A stretch of 62,881 nt of DNA, counting the filler. It is 6 parts of 6 records of this genome, joined end to end, with 100 filler letters (N's around TTAATTAATTAA, not from the genome) between each part and the next. Parts side by side here need not be neighbours in the genome. Positions count along the whole stretch, not along the records: positions 19,125 to 28,473 come from DRR723986_9383; positions 28,574 to 37,222 come from DRR723986_9385; 4 more parts are not named here. The stretch is one strand, 5' to 3'. Within the stretch, counting starts at the first letter, position 1. Each line of letters begins with the position of its first letter. The notes under the pieces were generated by a model. It made no database searches, was not told the origin of the DNA, and worked only from the letters and a program-made list of their open reading frames with translations. A program made the position numbers and the translations under genes. This document shows, in pieces, positions 20,899 to 31,580 of this stretch.

Positions 20899-22296
20899 TT
20901 ACTCACAGCCAAGGAATTCACGTGCCGACTTAAACAAGTCGTGAATATGTGTGTATTTGAACTCGGCACCACGGCCGATAATGTTTAAACCCTCGATGCC
21001 GTCCAGGTAGTTGCGCACCAACTCCAAATCGGCCTGGTTTGACAGTTGTGGAACGGGATATGCGTTAAACAACTTGAGAGACATAGAGTCGAGGACATCG
21101 GCACGCCGCAGCAATCCCAACTCTACCAGAGTGCTGATTCCATTGCTAATTAACTGTCCATCGCTACACTGCCAGGCGCGCTCATCAGTAAAACAGGGAT
21201 ACTCAACGACAATCGCTGTTTTGTCAGGTGGTGCCATCGCCGCAGATCGATTCTTGGACTCGTAGATGCGTGTGAAGGGCACATCAGCGGCAGGCACGTA
21301 CACTGATGCGTTCTGTGAAAAATGCGGCATGTCAAGCGCCAGAATCAGCAGGCGCATATGCCGGAATTTCAGGCGTTGTGCGGCCTGCAGGACTGCGTCC
21401 GGCGGCGCAGGGCGCATCAGTTTTAACATAAGGCCGGCCGGCAGCGTGCAACACAACTCAGAACAGCTGATGCGCTCAGCGTTGTCCAACTCAAAACCAC
21501 TGATGCGCGAACCATCCAGATTAATTGCCGTGACGCGCGTATTCAGTTTAACAAACTGCGCACCGGCCTGCTGCACGATATTTTCAAACAGCTGGCCAAT
21601 GCCCAGCCGCGGATAGTGAAAACGTCCATCCAGATGGCGCGTCTTGGCGCGGCTGCCGCGCAGACCTTCAACCAGAAATGTGCGTAAGTCCAGCCCTTTA
21701 AGGCGGCCACCGGCGGCGCTGGGGTCCAGGTCCTCCAGATCTACGCCCCACAGTTTGTGGCTGTAGTTAAGCAGCACACTCCCGGCAAGCGTGGGGCCAT
21801 AGGCTCTGATGGCGCGGTCGCGGAACGAGTCTCCCCCACCGCGTAGACGCTGGGGCAACAAATTTTCGCGAATAATACGCATCAACAGTTTGCGGGGCAG
21901 ACGCCGCAGCAAATCCAGTGGCGCCAGCGGAAAATCCAGGAAACGGCCCTCAAACCAAATCTGGCTGGGCGAATCCACGGCACGCATGTCATCCCCCAGC
22001 AAAGCGCCAAAGTCCCGCATACTGCGCACATCTTTGTGATGTAAACGGTGCGCACCGCTGTCAAAACGAAACTCCCCCCACTGAATCGTGCGCGCATTTC
22101 CACCCACGTGGGGAGCGGCCTCATAGACACACAAATCCAGGTCGAGTTGGCGTGCGTAATGCAAGATCGCCATACCCGCCGGGCCGCCACCAAGGACATG
22201 TAATTTTGAGGAAGTCTTCAGAACATCACCTTGTTTTAACGCGACTCCGCGGAACTGGAAGTAGCCGGAAACTGACGCACAACTACTTGTGGCCAC
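20899..22296 (-). CDS. FAD-dependent oxidoreductase (protoporphyrinogen oxidase / UDP-galactopyranose mutase-like); start uncertain
   Basis: VLGGGPAGM, YEAAPHVGGNA, FDSGAHRLH, FHYPRLGIGQL and IGRGAEFKY. Confidence 0.8.
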   Translation of the reverse strand: MATSSCASVSGYFQFRGVALKQGDVLKTSSKLHVLGGGPAGMAILHYARQLDLDLCVYEAAPHVGGNARTIQWGEFRFDSGAHRLHHKDVRSMRDFGALLGDDMRAVDSPSQIWFEGRFLDFPLAPLDLLRRLPRKLLMRIIRENLLPQRLRGGGDSFRDRAIRAYGPTLAGSVLLNYSHKLWGVDLEDLDPSAAGGRLKGLDLRTFLVEGLRGSRAKTRHLDGRFHYPRLGIGQLFENIVQQAGAQFVKLNTRVTAINLDGSRISGFELDNAERISCSELCCTLPAGLMLKLMRPAPPDAVLQAAQRLKFRHMRLLILALDMPHFSQNASVYVPAADVPFTRIYESKNRSAAMAPPDKTAIVVEYPCFTDERAWQCSDGQLISNGISTLVELGLLRRADVLDSMSLKLFNAYPVPQLSNQADLELVRNYLDGIEGLNIIGRGAEFKYTHIHDLFKSAREFLGCE

Positions 22297-23675
22297 ATGC
22301 GGTTAACAAATGGATTGTGATAATACACAGTATCATGACTTGGTCTGCCGCCGGTAATCAGCGCTTGCTCACCTACGACAAACACGGCCTGGTCAATTTT
22401 TGAGATGTCGAGGCTGCCAGGCTGTAGCGGATCAACACTTAAACAGGCAACATCGATGCCCTGGCGGCGCATAAAAGTGCAAACCAGCTCAGTGGATACA
22501 AGCGTGATTGTAGCATTCTGCTCTGCGTCCAAAGCCCTTAATTCCTGCGTGGCCTGCGCCATTGCCGACGGCATGCGATGCTGCCAGGCGAGCACTCCAC
22601 TAAAACAACAGATAATTACGGCATATAGCAGCGGGAGGGCACGCAAATACTTGTGCCTGCTTTCCAACAGTTGATTCGCGCCGTAAAACAATCCGAGTGT
22701 AAGAAATGGCAACAGCGGCAAAACATGCCGTGGTTTGTAGACCACATTTTGGTAGAAGTAAATCCACAGAGTATACAAGACACATGCGCTCAGAACCAGA
22801 ATCACATCACGCCTGGCTTGCCGGCCTTGTGCGCCAAACTTGCGCACTGCCGCATAAGCCAAAGACAGAAGCGCAATAGTCGGTGCCAGACTAAGCCAAC
22901 TGCGCCCGGGCCAGAATGCCCCCAGTCCATCAGCCCACAATGACTGCGTCATGCCCAGGAAACGTGTGCCGTAATTTGGAATAGTACCAATTGTGCCGCC
23001 GAATTCACTGAAATGTCCGCTGCTCTGGCGCTGCGCCAGCTCAACTAATTCTTGCGCGCCGGTTAAAAGTACGAGCGGAATTAACCAGATGAGAACGCCT
23101 GAAAGTCCGGCCAGGAATAGACGCACACGTTGCGGAGACTGGTAAAAAGCCCAAAGCAGCGGAATCAATATTAATGGCAGGTTCGATAAACGCACCCCCG
23201 CCAGGAGACCACTCAGAAAAACACTTAACAGTATGACTCTCTGGTCACGGGAACGCACAAAGTTAATGACGCAGATAAAAACAAGCGCTGCTCCCAATAA
23301 ATCCGGCATGTATCGAGTGGCTGTTAACAGAATCAGTGGCTGAGCAGTGATGATAAGCAACAACAGAATTTCAGCCCCCGAACCAGACAGCCGCAAGACG
23401 CGGCGTGACATGTCAAAGATGCTGAAAATTGCCAGCCCGCCGATAAATGCGAAGGTCAGACTGAGTTTATTGAATACCAGATACAAGACCTTGGCCAGCA
23501 AACAATAAACCGCATAACCGGGAAAGTGCGGCTGCAGGAGTGACAGGTCGTACTCATGGACGGCCAGGGCAAAACGCATGCTGTCCGGATCTTCGATGTA
23601 ACTGATCGAAAACCCAAGAATAATCGCTTGCAGAGCGACAAACAGAAGCACGTTCCAGAGGATCTTTTTCTGCAT
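22236..23675 (-). CDS. Polytopic membrane protein, possible GT-C-fold glycosyltransferase
   Basis: About 10 hydrophobic segments; first loop EDPDSMRFALA...QPHFPGY and later KPRHVLPLLP are reminiscent of GT-C/PMT-like proteins. Confidence 0.6.
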   Translation of the reverse strand: MQKKILWNVLLFVALQAIILGFSISYIEDPDSMRFALAVHEYDLSLLQPHFPGYAVYCLLAKVLYLVFNKLSLTFAFIGGLAIFSIFDMSRRVLRLSGSGAEILLLLIITAQPLILLTATRYMPDLLGAALVFICVINFVRSRDQRVILLSVFLSGLLAGVRLSNLPLILIPLLWAFYQSPQRVRLFLAGLSGVLIWLIPLVLLTGAQELVELAQRQSSGHFSEFGGTIGTIPNYGTRFLGMTQSLWADGLGAFWPGRSWLSLAPTIALLSLAYAAVRKFGAQGRQARRDVILVLSACVLYTLWIYFYQNVVYKPRHVLPLLPFLTLGLFYGANQLLESRHKYLRALPLLYAVIICCFSGVLAWQHRMPSAMAQATQELRALDAEQNATITLVSTELVCTFMRRQGIDVACLSVDPLQPGSLDISKIDQAVFVVGEQALITGGRPSHDTVYYHNPFVNRMWPQVVVRQFPATSSSAESR

Positions 23676-23773
23676 GAACCCAGACCTGTAGCCCGCGTGC
23701 GGGACAAGCAAAAACATTACCCAAGCCTGCTTGCCGGGCAAGCAAAGCGCCGATTAAACACTCCAATCTACAC

Positions 23774-23803
23774 AAAAGCCGTCACCCACGCGGAATGACG
23801 GCT
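23774..23803 (-). terminator. Rho-independent terminator after the DUF4856 gene
   Basis: Minus strand AGCCGTCA-TTCCGCGTGGG-TGACGGCT-TTT. Confidence 0.65.
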
Positions 23804-23894
23804 CTGGAAAATTGCGGAACCTGCTGCCAGGCCTTGTCAGATTAACAGCTTGGCGACACTTAACAGGAACTAGTTTGCTCAGGTTTTAACTGAC

Positions 23895-25229
23895 TTACCA
23901 ATTTTCCATGTTATCGGCACTGAAGCCGTAAGCGGACTGCAAAATCGTTTTGATTTCGTTGTAATCTGCAATAAACTGCTGATAACCCTCTTGGCCCGGA
24001 CCTGTAGTCGGTGGCGCCAGTTGCATGATTTCGGCAATACGCTGCAGCTGCGCATCCGTAATTTGTTTAAGCGGGTTGTACTGCAATGCCATCGTGAATC
24101 CACGCGCTTCAGCCCAGTGCTTGCGCAAGGCTACAAAATCTTCGGAGATTCCACCGACGGAAGAGTAGTCGTCCAGAACTTCGTTAATATAATGCACAAC
24201 TGTAGCGGCAATAACTTCTTCCCACTTGTCGGCAAAGGTTTGCTGGAGGATACGAATCTCAGCGATAGTTGCCTGGTTAACAATCAGTGTACGGCCGTTA
24301 AGTGCTGCGGCAAAAACATCTGCGGTGTAGTCGACACCTGAGCCGCCTTTATCGCGTTTACCGGCATTGCGCGAGAAACCAAAGTTGTACTCGGAGGAGA
24401 AATCGATGCGGCCGTCGGAGTTGGCATCACGTGCAAACGGAATTACACCGGCACTGAGTTTGCCGGCCAGATCATCATCGCTAAACACGCTGTAATTGCG
24501 CGCCGCACCAAAGTAACCGAAGGCTTCATCCCATGCGTGTTCCATGTCCGTAAACGGATCGGTATTGCCGTCGCGGACACGCGCAATGCTGTTGTCACGA
24601 TCAGTCACACCATCCAGGTAAACACCCGTTCCCTGGTAATATGGCACAGCACCAAGGAGCAATTTGTTAATCATTTGTGTTAAGTCAACGCCGTCGTCCG
24701 TAGTGTACACGGCGGGAGTGCCGAGTTTATCACTGTCGTTTGAGTTGTCAACAATGATTTGAAACCACTCGCGCACGAGTTCGTCGGCAGTTTTGTTCGT
24801 ACCGATTACGGTGGCGGAGGAGATTTTTCCAACCAGGTTTTTACCGGTGGAGATACTGCTGTAGGCAGGTTCCAGGATTGGCGTTGTTCCCGCAGTAGTC
24901 AAGGAATTGAGGTTAAGTGCATCGTTGTACTCATAGAAGTTCATCAGATCCTGCATTGTGATCGGACCGGTGACTGACTCAGTCGCCAAATTGTCGATGA
25001 AAATCTTGAGATCCTGCAACAAGAGGTTGCGTACGGTCTGGCCTCCATAACTTACGGAACTGACGCCGTCTTCAAAACGACTTTCAAAGACGTAAGCCGT
25101 AGGCACAGGAATGTCAGTATCACCACCGTTATCGGAAGGAGTTTCATCGTCATCGCAGGCGACAAATGCGCTGCTGATAAACGCCAGCGCCAGAAGTGCG
25201 CTAAGTTTGCGAAGGAGCGAATTTTGCAT
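23895..25229 (-). CDS. DUF4856-family lipoprotein (imelysin-like, iron-uptake associated)
   Basis: Lipobox FVA-C-DDD, SSVSYGGQTVR, MEHAWDEAFGYFG and HWAEARGF; directly downstream of a TonB receptor. Confidence 0.8.
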   Translation of the reverse strand: MQNSLLRKLSALLALAFISSAFVACDDDETPSDNGGDTDIPVPTAYVFESRFEDGVSSVSYGGQTVRNLLLQDLKIFIDNLATESVTGPITMQDLMNFYEYNDALNLNSLTTAGTTPILEPAYSSISTGKNLVGKISSATVIGTNKTADELVREWFQIIVDNSNDSDKLGTPAVYTTDDGVDLTQMINKLLLGAVPYYQGTGVYLDGVTDRDNSIARVRDGNTDPFTDMEHAWDEAFGYFGAARNYSVFSDDDLAGKLSAGVIPFARDANSDGRIDFSSEYNFGFSRNAGKRDKGGSGVDYTADVFAAALNGRTLIVNQATIAEIRILQQTFADKWEEVIAATVVHYINEVLDDYSSVGGISEDFVALRKHWAEARGFTMALQYNPLKQITDAQLQRIAEIMQLAPPTTGPGQEGYQQFIADYNEIKTILQSAYGFSADNMENW

Positions 25230-25349
25230 AATTATATCTGGAGTTTAAGTTAAGCCGACCTCAAATAGAGTTTAATCGGCCGGGGAGAAATGTTAAGTTT
25301 TCAGGTTTATTCCACTGTTTGGAACAGTCACCGCACAAAAGGCGGCGGC

Positions 25350-27929
25350 TTAGAAGTCATACTGCAGACCAGCCGTAATCTGGCGGCGCGCGCCCACCAG
25401 AATCCCGGAGGAAGCGGAGGCTTCCGGCTGCCCAGGATTTGAGTGCAAACGCGAGGCGATGTAAATCTCGTCCGTGACGTTTTTGACCGATGCGAAAAAT
25501 CGCCAGGTGTCATCCAGCTGGTAGTTTGCCGAGGCGTTAAAAATTGTGAAGGCCGGAACCGGCCCGGAGTCACCGCGATTTGTCGTCGCCAGAATATTTT
25601 CAAAGTCAGTAAACACGCGGCTCACATAGCGCACGTCAGCCCGCAACGTCAATCCAAAATCAAATGATTTGCTCAGCCCGGCCGAAAGTGTGTGCGTCGG
25701 CGCGTAGGGCAGCTGATTGCCCGCCAGGTTAACATCCACGCCGGCACGCAAACCCGATCGCACAATGCCGCTGATGATTTCAGTCGTTAAGTGCGTATAC
25801 GCAAAGTCCAGATCCGGCAGGTGTTTCCAAAGTGCCGAAGTGCGCACCGCACCGCCCGTTTCCAGGCCGTACGTCCGCGCCTGCCCCAGGTTCTTAAATG
25901 CCGTGCCACGCCCTGCAGCTACCAGATCTTCAATCTCGAGCAGGAAGCCGGTGGCCTCAAGCGCATACCATGAATCCAGCACGCGGAAACCGGCTTCAAA
26001 GTTCCAGCTCTGCTCCGAGCGCAGATCCAGCGCGTCGGGCGCCGTATTCTGATCAAAGTTAACTATCCGCAGTGTGCCGCTTGACGGCGGCGTAAAACCG
26101 CGATGCACACCACCGTAAAAGTTAAACTGCTGCCACTGGTAGTTGAGCCCCAGGCCCGGCAGCAGCACGTTGCTCGACTTATCCTGGTACAAACTGCCCA
26201 GCAGACGATCTACACGCTGCTGTTCAAAGATTTCAGCACGCAAACCAACACGCACGGTTAAGGCGCCCAAGTGCAGACGCTCCTGCAGGAAGAGCGAAAG
26301 CGCCGTCGTCTCATAGTGATGGCTCTGCCCCAGAATGGTTATCGTAGAATCTTCTGGGTTTTCGGTGAAATAAACACCATCGCGCGCATCCGTCGTAGCA
26401 CCGTCCTGGCGGTCGTCAATAAAACGTTCAAAGTGCAGGCGCGCGCCAACGTCCATGTACCCTTCCGCACCGGCAATTGTGTGCTGCCAATTATAGGAAT
26501 GCTCCACGCCGATGACCGAAAAGGTCCGCAGAATGCCAAAATTGTTCTCGGCACCTCCAACACGGATCAGGTCACCCAGCTCAAAATATGGCACCGGGTT
26601 GACGTCGTTCGGACGCACCGGATCATATTCGGAGGCTTTAACAAAAATGTCGTATTCGCGCCACCAGCGCCGGTCAAAGTGGCTGGCGTAGGCTTTGGAA
26701 ACGGCAATGACCTGATCGCCCACATTCCGCGTATAGATCAGGTCCAGTGAATAGCGTTTAACACTGAAGAGATCATCTTCTTTGGGGTTGAAGTTCGGGT
26801 CGTTGGCAAAGGAATATTCCGTCAGTCCGGTGTAGGTCGCCTCCGACTCTTCCAGGTTAACATTGGCTTTAATGTAGAGCATCGCATCGGCGCTGAGCTG
26901 TACATTGGTTTTGGCCGTGGCGTTAAACTGTTCAAAGGCATTATTCTCGCGGTAGCCGTCACCACGCTTAAACAGCAGCTGCAACTCGGGGTTAATTTTT
27001 TTGCTGCCCCAGCCGCCCACTTCGGCAAAAACTGAAGCAAAGCCATTTTCACCACCGGCGGCACGCATAAATCCACCAAACTCTTTGCGTGGACGGCGCG
27101 TGACGTAGTTAATAACACCACCCATGGTTTGTGGGCCGTGAACGATGGACGCCGAACCTTTGAGGATTTCCAGATTGTCGATGCGTTCAACAGGTGGATT
27201 ATAGTACATGTTGGGATACACGTAAATCGCCGGCTGCACGGGAATGCCATCTTCCAGGACAAGCACACGCGAAGAACGACGCGGATTCAGGCCGCGTATC
27301 CCAATATTCATACGCGAATTTCCAAAGCCGTCGTCACCAAATCCAATCACTCCCGGCACCTGGCGCAGAATCTCTTGTGTGCCAAGCGGCTGCACTTGTT
27401 TAATGGTCGCTTCGGAAATAATCTCGGCCGCGCCGGTTAAACGTTTATAGACTATTGGAGATTCGCCAATAATCTCAACCGGCTCCTGGTAAAAGGTCGC
27501 CGGCTGCAGCTCAATGTTTAATGTAATCTCTTCAAATTCGAGGACTTCAAATTCCTGACGGTGCACATCGTAGCCCAGGTAGCGCACTTCAATCACCAGT
27601 TTGCCGGCGTCGAGGTTAACGATTTTGTAGCTGCCGCTGTTATCACTCAGCGCGCCGGCTACCGTTTTGTCATTATCCAGAATGCGGATCGTAACTCCCA
27701 CGAGCGCTTGCTGCGTCGAAGCATCACGCACAAGTCCGGTAATCCCACCCTTGGTCAGCGGTTCAATGGCATTTCCCGGTGAGCTGGGCGTCGCTGCCAC
27801 AGCGGGAGCCGGTTTTGCGGCTGCAAGTGGAGCAGTTTGTGCTTCACCAGCGCTAAGCTTATCTGGACAAAGTCCAAATAGTGAAGTCAGACACAGAATC
27901 AGGCAAAATGCGAACGACTGAGAGCGCAC
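25350..27929 (-). CDS. TonB-dependent receptor (FecA-like) with N-terminal carboxypeptidase-regulatory-like domain
   Basis: Plug motifs NIGIRGLNPRRSSRVLVLEDGIP and LEILKGSASIVHGPQTMGGVINY; C-terminal LQYDF. Confidence 0.93.
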   Translation of the reverse strand: MRSQSFAFCLILCLTSLFGLCPDKLSAGEAQTAPLAAAKPAPAVAATPSSPGNAIEPLTKGGITGLVRDASTQQALVGVTIRILDNDKTVAGALSDNSGSYKIVNLDAGKLVIEVRYLGYDVHRQEFEVLEFEEITLNIELQPATFYQEPVEIIGESPIVYKRLTGAAEIISEATIKQVQPLGTQEILRQVPGVIGFGDDGFGNSRMNIGIRGLNPRRSSRVLVLEDGIPVQPAIYVYPNMYYNPPVERIDNLEILKGSASIVHGPQTMGGVINYVTRRPRKEFGGFMRAAGGENGFASVFAEVGGWGSKKINPELQLLFKRGDGYRENNAFEQFNATAKTNVQLSADAMLYIKANVNLEESEATYTGLTEYSFANDPNFNPKEDDLFSVKRYSLDLIYTRNVGDQVIAVSKAYASHFDRRWWREYDIFVKASEYDPVRPNDVNPVPYFELGDLIRVGGAENNFGILRTFSVIGVEHSYNWQHTIAGAEGYMDVGARLHFERFIDDRQDGATTDARDGVYFTENPEDSTITILGQSHHYETTALSLFLQERLHLGALTVRVGLRAEIFEQQRVDRLLGSLYQDKSSNVLLPGLGLNYQWQQFNFYGGVHRGFTPPSSGTLRIVNFDQNTAPDALDLRSEQSWNFEAGFRVLDSWYALEATGFLLEIEDLVAAGRGTAFKNLGQARTYGLETGGAVRTSALWKHLPDLDFAYTHLTTEIISGIVRSGLRAGVDVNLAGNQLPYAPTHTLSAGLSKSFDFGLTLRADVRYVSRVFTDFENILATTNRGDSGPVPAFTIFNASANYQLDDTWRFFASVKNVTDEIYIASRLHSNPGQPEASASSGILVGARRQITAGLQYDF

Positions 27930-27940
27930 GGTATGGATGC

Positions 27941-28135
27941 TCAGAATGTTTTGGGATTAGCGGAGATATCGCGCGGATCGGGCAGATTACTTTGTGCCGT
28001 GTCCAGATTGATTATGCCGTAACTGCCGCCGCCGTCATCTTGCGAACTTCCCGGCTGCAGGATCGGGTCGTCCTCACAGGACGTGAGGGCGCACAGTAGA
28101 ACTATGGCGGAGCAAATCAGGGATATTCGACGCAT
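27941..28135 (-). CDS. Small lipoprotein (64 aa)
   Basis: MRR plus hydrophobic stretch plus LTS-C-EDD lipobox; 11 nt upstream of the receptor gene. Confidence 0.7.
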   Translation of the reverse strand: MRRISLICSAIVLLCALTSCEDDPILQPGSSQDDGGGSYGIINLDTAQSNLPDPRDISANPKTF

Positions 28136-28144
28136 ATGGTCTTT

Positions 28145-28205
28145 TTATCTGGATTCAGTATAAATAAGAATACAAATATACGTCGCTTGCCTATCGGAAA
28201 ACAAA
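28145..28205 (-). promoter_or_regulatory. Bacteroidota-type promoter (-33 TTTG / -7 TAnnTTTG) with a downstream imperfect palindromic operator
   Basis: Minus strand: TTTG (28205-28202), 21 nt, TATATTTG (28180-28173), then TTATTTATACTGAATCCAGATAA (28167-28145). Confidence 0.7.
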
Positions 28206-28473
28206 CGCGCTTTATGCATAGCGGCGATTCTAGCTCAAAATCGGCGTTTTTACGCTATTTGACACAAATTTTTTACGTCTTGGTAATACTTGGATCATGT
28301 CCAGATAACGATAGTGGTGCCCTATTGTATTCATAATGCTGCGGCTATGGCTACAAATATCTTGGGATTTGGCCTGTTGACCAGGGCTTTCTGCACGGAC
28401 ATTGAGCCATCATTTGTGGCAGATTGCAGCGCCCTCTTTGAGGTCGGGCTTGCCTTTTGAGCTTCTTGTTTGT

Positions 28474-28573
28474 NNNNNNNNNNNNNNNNNNNNNNNNNNN
28501 NNNNNNNNNNNNNNNNNTTAATTAATTAANNNNNNNNNNNNNNNNNNNNNNNNNNNNNNNNNNNNNNNNNNNN
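28474..28573. other. Artificial contig linker
   Basis: N44-TTAATTAATTAA-N44. Confidence 0.99.
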
Positions 28574-30283
28574 GTAGGTGGTGGGCATGTACATCAGGTC
28601 GCCTTCATCCAGTGGCGGGATGAATTCACTGCCGATTTTGGTGGCTGGCCAAAGGCCCACAGCCAATGCCAGCAACGCAACAATAACCGTCGTTTTCGGG
28701 AAGCGTAACACCAGCTTCAGCACCGGCATATAAACGCCAACCAGCAGGCGGTTCACGGGGTTCTTGTGCTCCGGCAGCACCTTGCCGCGAATGAAATAGC
28801 CCATCAGCACCGGCACCAGCGTCACCGCCAGGGCCGCACTCGCCGCCATGGCGTAGGTTTTGGTGAACGCCAGGGGAGAAAACATCCGCCCTTCCTGCGC
28901 CTCCAGGGCAAACACCGGCACAAAACTGACGGTAATGATCAGGAGCGAGAAAAACAGCGCGGGCCCGACCTCAGAGGCTGACCGTGCAACGACTTCCCAT
29001 CGGTTCTCAGACGTTAACGGGGTTCGCTCCATGTGTTTGTGCATGTTCTCGATCATTACAATAGCACCATCAATCATGGCGCCGATAGCGATGGCAATCC
29101 CCCCGAGTGACATGATGTTGGCATTGATGCCTTGCCAGTGCATGACGATAAAGGCCGCCAGAATACCCACGGGAAGGCTAAGAATCGCCACCAGCGACGA
29201 GCGCACGTGGAACAGGAAGACGATGCACACCAGGCCCACCACCAGAAACTCTTCAAGCAGCTTGAAGCCGAGATTATTGACCGCCCGCTCAATCAGGCCA
29301 GAGCGATCGTAAACCGTCACCACCTCGACGCCTTCAGGCAAACTGGATTTCAGGTCTTCCAGTTTCGCCTTCACGCCATTAATGGTTGCCTGAGCGTTCT
29401 CACCAAAGCGCATCACCACAACACCGCCGACGGTTTCACCTTCCCCATTCAGTTCGGCAACCCCACGCCGCATCTGCGGGCCAACTTCAACGGTGGCCAC
29501 ATCTTTCAGCAATATGGGGGTACCGTTGTCATCGAGTCCTAATGGAATCGACAGAAGATCCTCACGGGACTTTATATAGCCAGACGTGCGCACCATGTAT
29601 TCCGCCTCGGCCATCTCGATGACGGAGGCGCCCACTTCCTGGTTGCCTCTCTTAATGGCGTTCTGGATGTGAGCCAGAGGAATTCCCAGCGCCCTGAGTT
29701 TTTCCGGGCTGACCTTGACCTGGTACTGCTTCACCATACCGCCTAGCGCAGCCACCTCAGAGACACCCGGCACCGTTTGCAGTTCGTACTTCAGGAACCA
29801 GTCCTGCAGGCTGCGCAACTGGCTTAGGTCCTGGTTCCCAGTGCGGTCTACCAGCGCATACAGGTAAACCCAGCCAACTCCGGTAGCGTCTGGCCCGAGC
29901 TGAGGCCTTGCAGAGTCTGGAAGGCTGGGCGCAACCTGGGACAGGTATTCCAGTACCCGGGAGCGGGCCCAGTACATGTCGGTGTCTTCATCGAAGATCA
30001 CGTAAACATAGGAGTCACCGAAGAACGAGTATCCCCTGACCGTTTTCGCGCCCGGTACCGAGAGCATGGCTGTCGTCATCGGGTAGGTGACTTGGTCTTC
30101 CACCACCTGCGGCGCCTGGCCCGGGAAACTGGTTTTGATAATGACCTGCACATCGGACAGATCCGGCAGAGCATCCACCGGCGTTTGTTTCAGCGAATAA
30201 AGGCCGAGCCCTGTGATAAGCAACGTCGCCAGCAACACCAGGAAGCGGTTACGAATAGACCAGTGAATAATAGCGGCAATCAT
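28574..30283 (-). CDS. cusA: Cu/Ag efflux RND permease, N-terminal part (truncated)
   Basis: [51 protein letters not shown] and [15 protein letters not shown]. Confidence 0.95.
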
Positions 30284-31575
30284 GACTCGCCCCCGCCATG
30301 GCTCATGGTGCTGTGATCCATGCCTTCATGATCCATCCCCTGCTCATCCATATCCTGAGGCGATGACATCCGTTGGAAGTCCGAGGTTTTGCTGGATTCC
30401 GAATCGATCAGGAACTGGGCGGATGTGACCACCGTGTCGCCTGGCGAGAGGCCATTGAGTATTTCCGCATACTTGTCGCCGACGCGCCCAACGGTCACGT
30501 TAACCGACTTGAAGGCGCCCTCTTCCATCGCCAGAACCAGTCGGTCGCTCTGTCCGGTGCGGATGACCGACTCCCGTGGCACCAGAAACTGCCGCTGTCC
30601 CCGTTCGCCCTGAACATCCAGGCGAGCGAACATGCCTGGCATCAGGACACCATCATCGTTATCAAAGCGCATCCGCACTTGCGCCGTCCGGGTTTTCGGG
30701 TTCACTTCGGGGTAGACGTAATCCACGTTTCCGCGCCACTCGCGACCGGGCATGTAATCCAGCGTCATCTGCACCCGGTTACCAGCCTCTACGGCGGAAA
30801 GCTGGCTTTCAAACACTTCGCCGATCACCCAGACCTCATCCAGCGCGGCAATCGATAAAACCCGGTTTCCGGGCTTGATGAACATACCCTCACGAACATT
30901 CAGATTCTCGATCACCCCGGAACCCGGAGCGTAAACCGTCATGGTTCTCTGGACTTCGCGCTTCTGGCGCAGTTGGCTGATCAGACTAGCCGGTACGTTC
31001 AGCGCCAACAATCGCTCGGTAGCAGCATCAACCAGTCTCTGATTGCCACGGTTCATCGCGAGAAGCAGTTCTTCCTGCGCATTCACAAGGGTGGGCGAGT
31101 ACAGCGTGTACAAAGGCTTGCCTTGCTCAACAGGCTCGCCCTCGGCTTTGACATAAAGCGCTTCGATCCAGCCTTCAACACGAGGGTGCACGTGGGCCAT
31201 CTCGTCTTCGTTGTACTGCACGTAGCCTACGGTAGTAATGTTGTTAGGCAGGCGCCCCTGAATCACCGGCTCCGTTCGAACCCCAAGGTTGTTGACGACC
31301 GTTGGTGAAATTCGGACCGTGCCGGCTGGATCCTCAGCTGACCCACCCTCCTCGTATACCGGGATCAGATCCATCCCCATCGGGGATTTTCCGGGTTTGT
31401 CACTTTTGAAATTGGGGTCCATCGGGGCTACCCAATACAGCGGCTCCTTTGGGCCAGAAGCGGCCATTTCAGCTGCAGGCGTCGAAGTCGCGTCAGTGTC
31501 AAGCCAGTACGTGGCCCCTGCACCGGCGAGGCCGCCGAGCAATACAAAGCCCAAAGGGCGAGCAAAATTAGCCAT
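30280..31575 (-). CDS. cusB: Cu/Ag efflux RND periplasmic adaptor
   Basis: [26 protein letters not shown] metal-binding motif, [10 protein letters not shown] and a Met/His-rich tail. Confidence 0.93.
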   Translation of the reverse strand: MANFARPLGFVLLGGLAGAGATYWLDTDATSTPAAEMAASGPKEPLYWVAPMDPNFKSDKPGKSPMGMDLIPVYEEGGSAEDPAGTVRISPTVVNNLGVRTEPVIQGRLPNNITTVGYVQYNEDEMAHVHPRVEGWIEALYVKAEGEPVEQGKPLYTLYSPTLVNAQEELLLAMNRGNQRLVDAATERLLALNVPASLISQLRQKREVQRTMTVYAPGSGVIENLNVREGMFIKPGNRVLSIAALDEVWVIGEVFESQLSAVEAGNRVQMTLDYMPGREWRGNVDYVYPEVNPKTRTAQVRMRFDNDDGVLMPGMFARLDVQGERGQRQFLVPRESVIRTGQSDRLVLAMEEGAFKSVNVTVGRVGDKYAEILNGLSPGDTVVTSAQFLIDSESSKTSDFQRMSSPQDMDEQGMDHEGMDHSTMSHGGGES

Positions 31576-31580
31576 GATGG

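Noticed and set aside
28206-28473. Short ORFs at the end of contig 3
   Set aside because: No recognisable motif or convincing start; cannot be supported.
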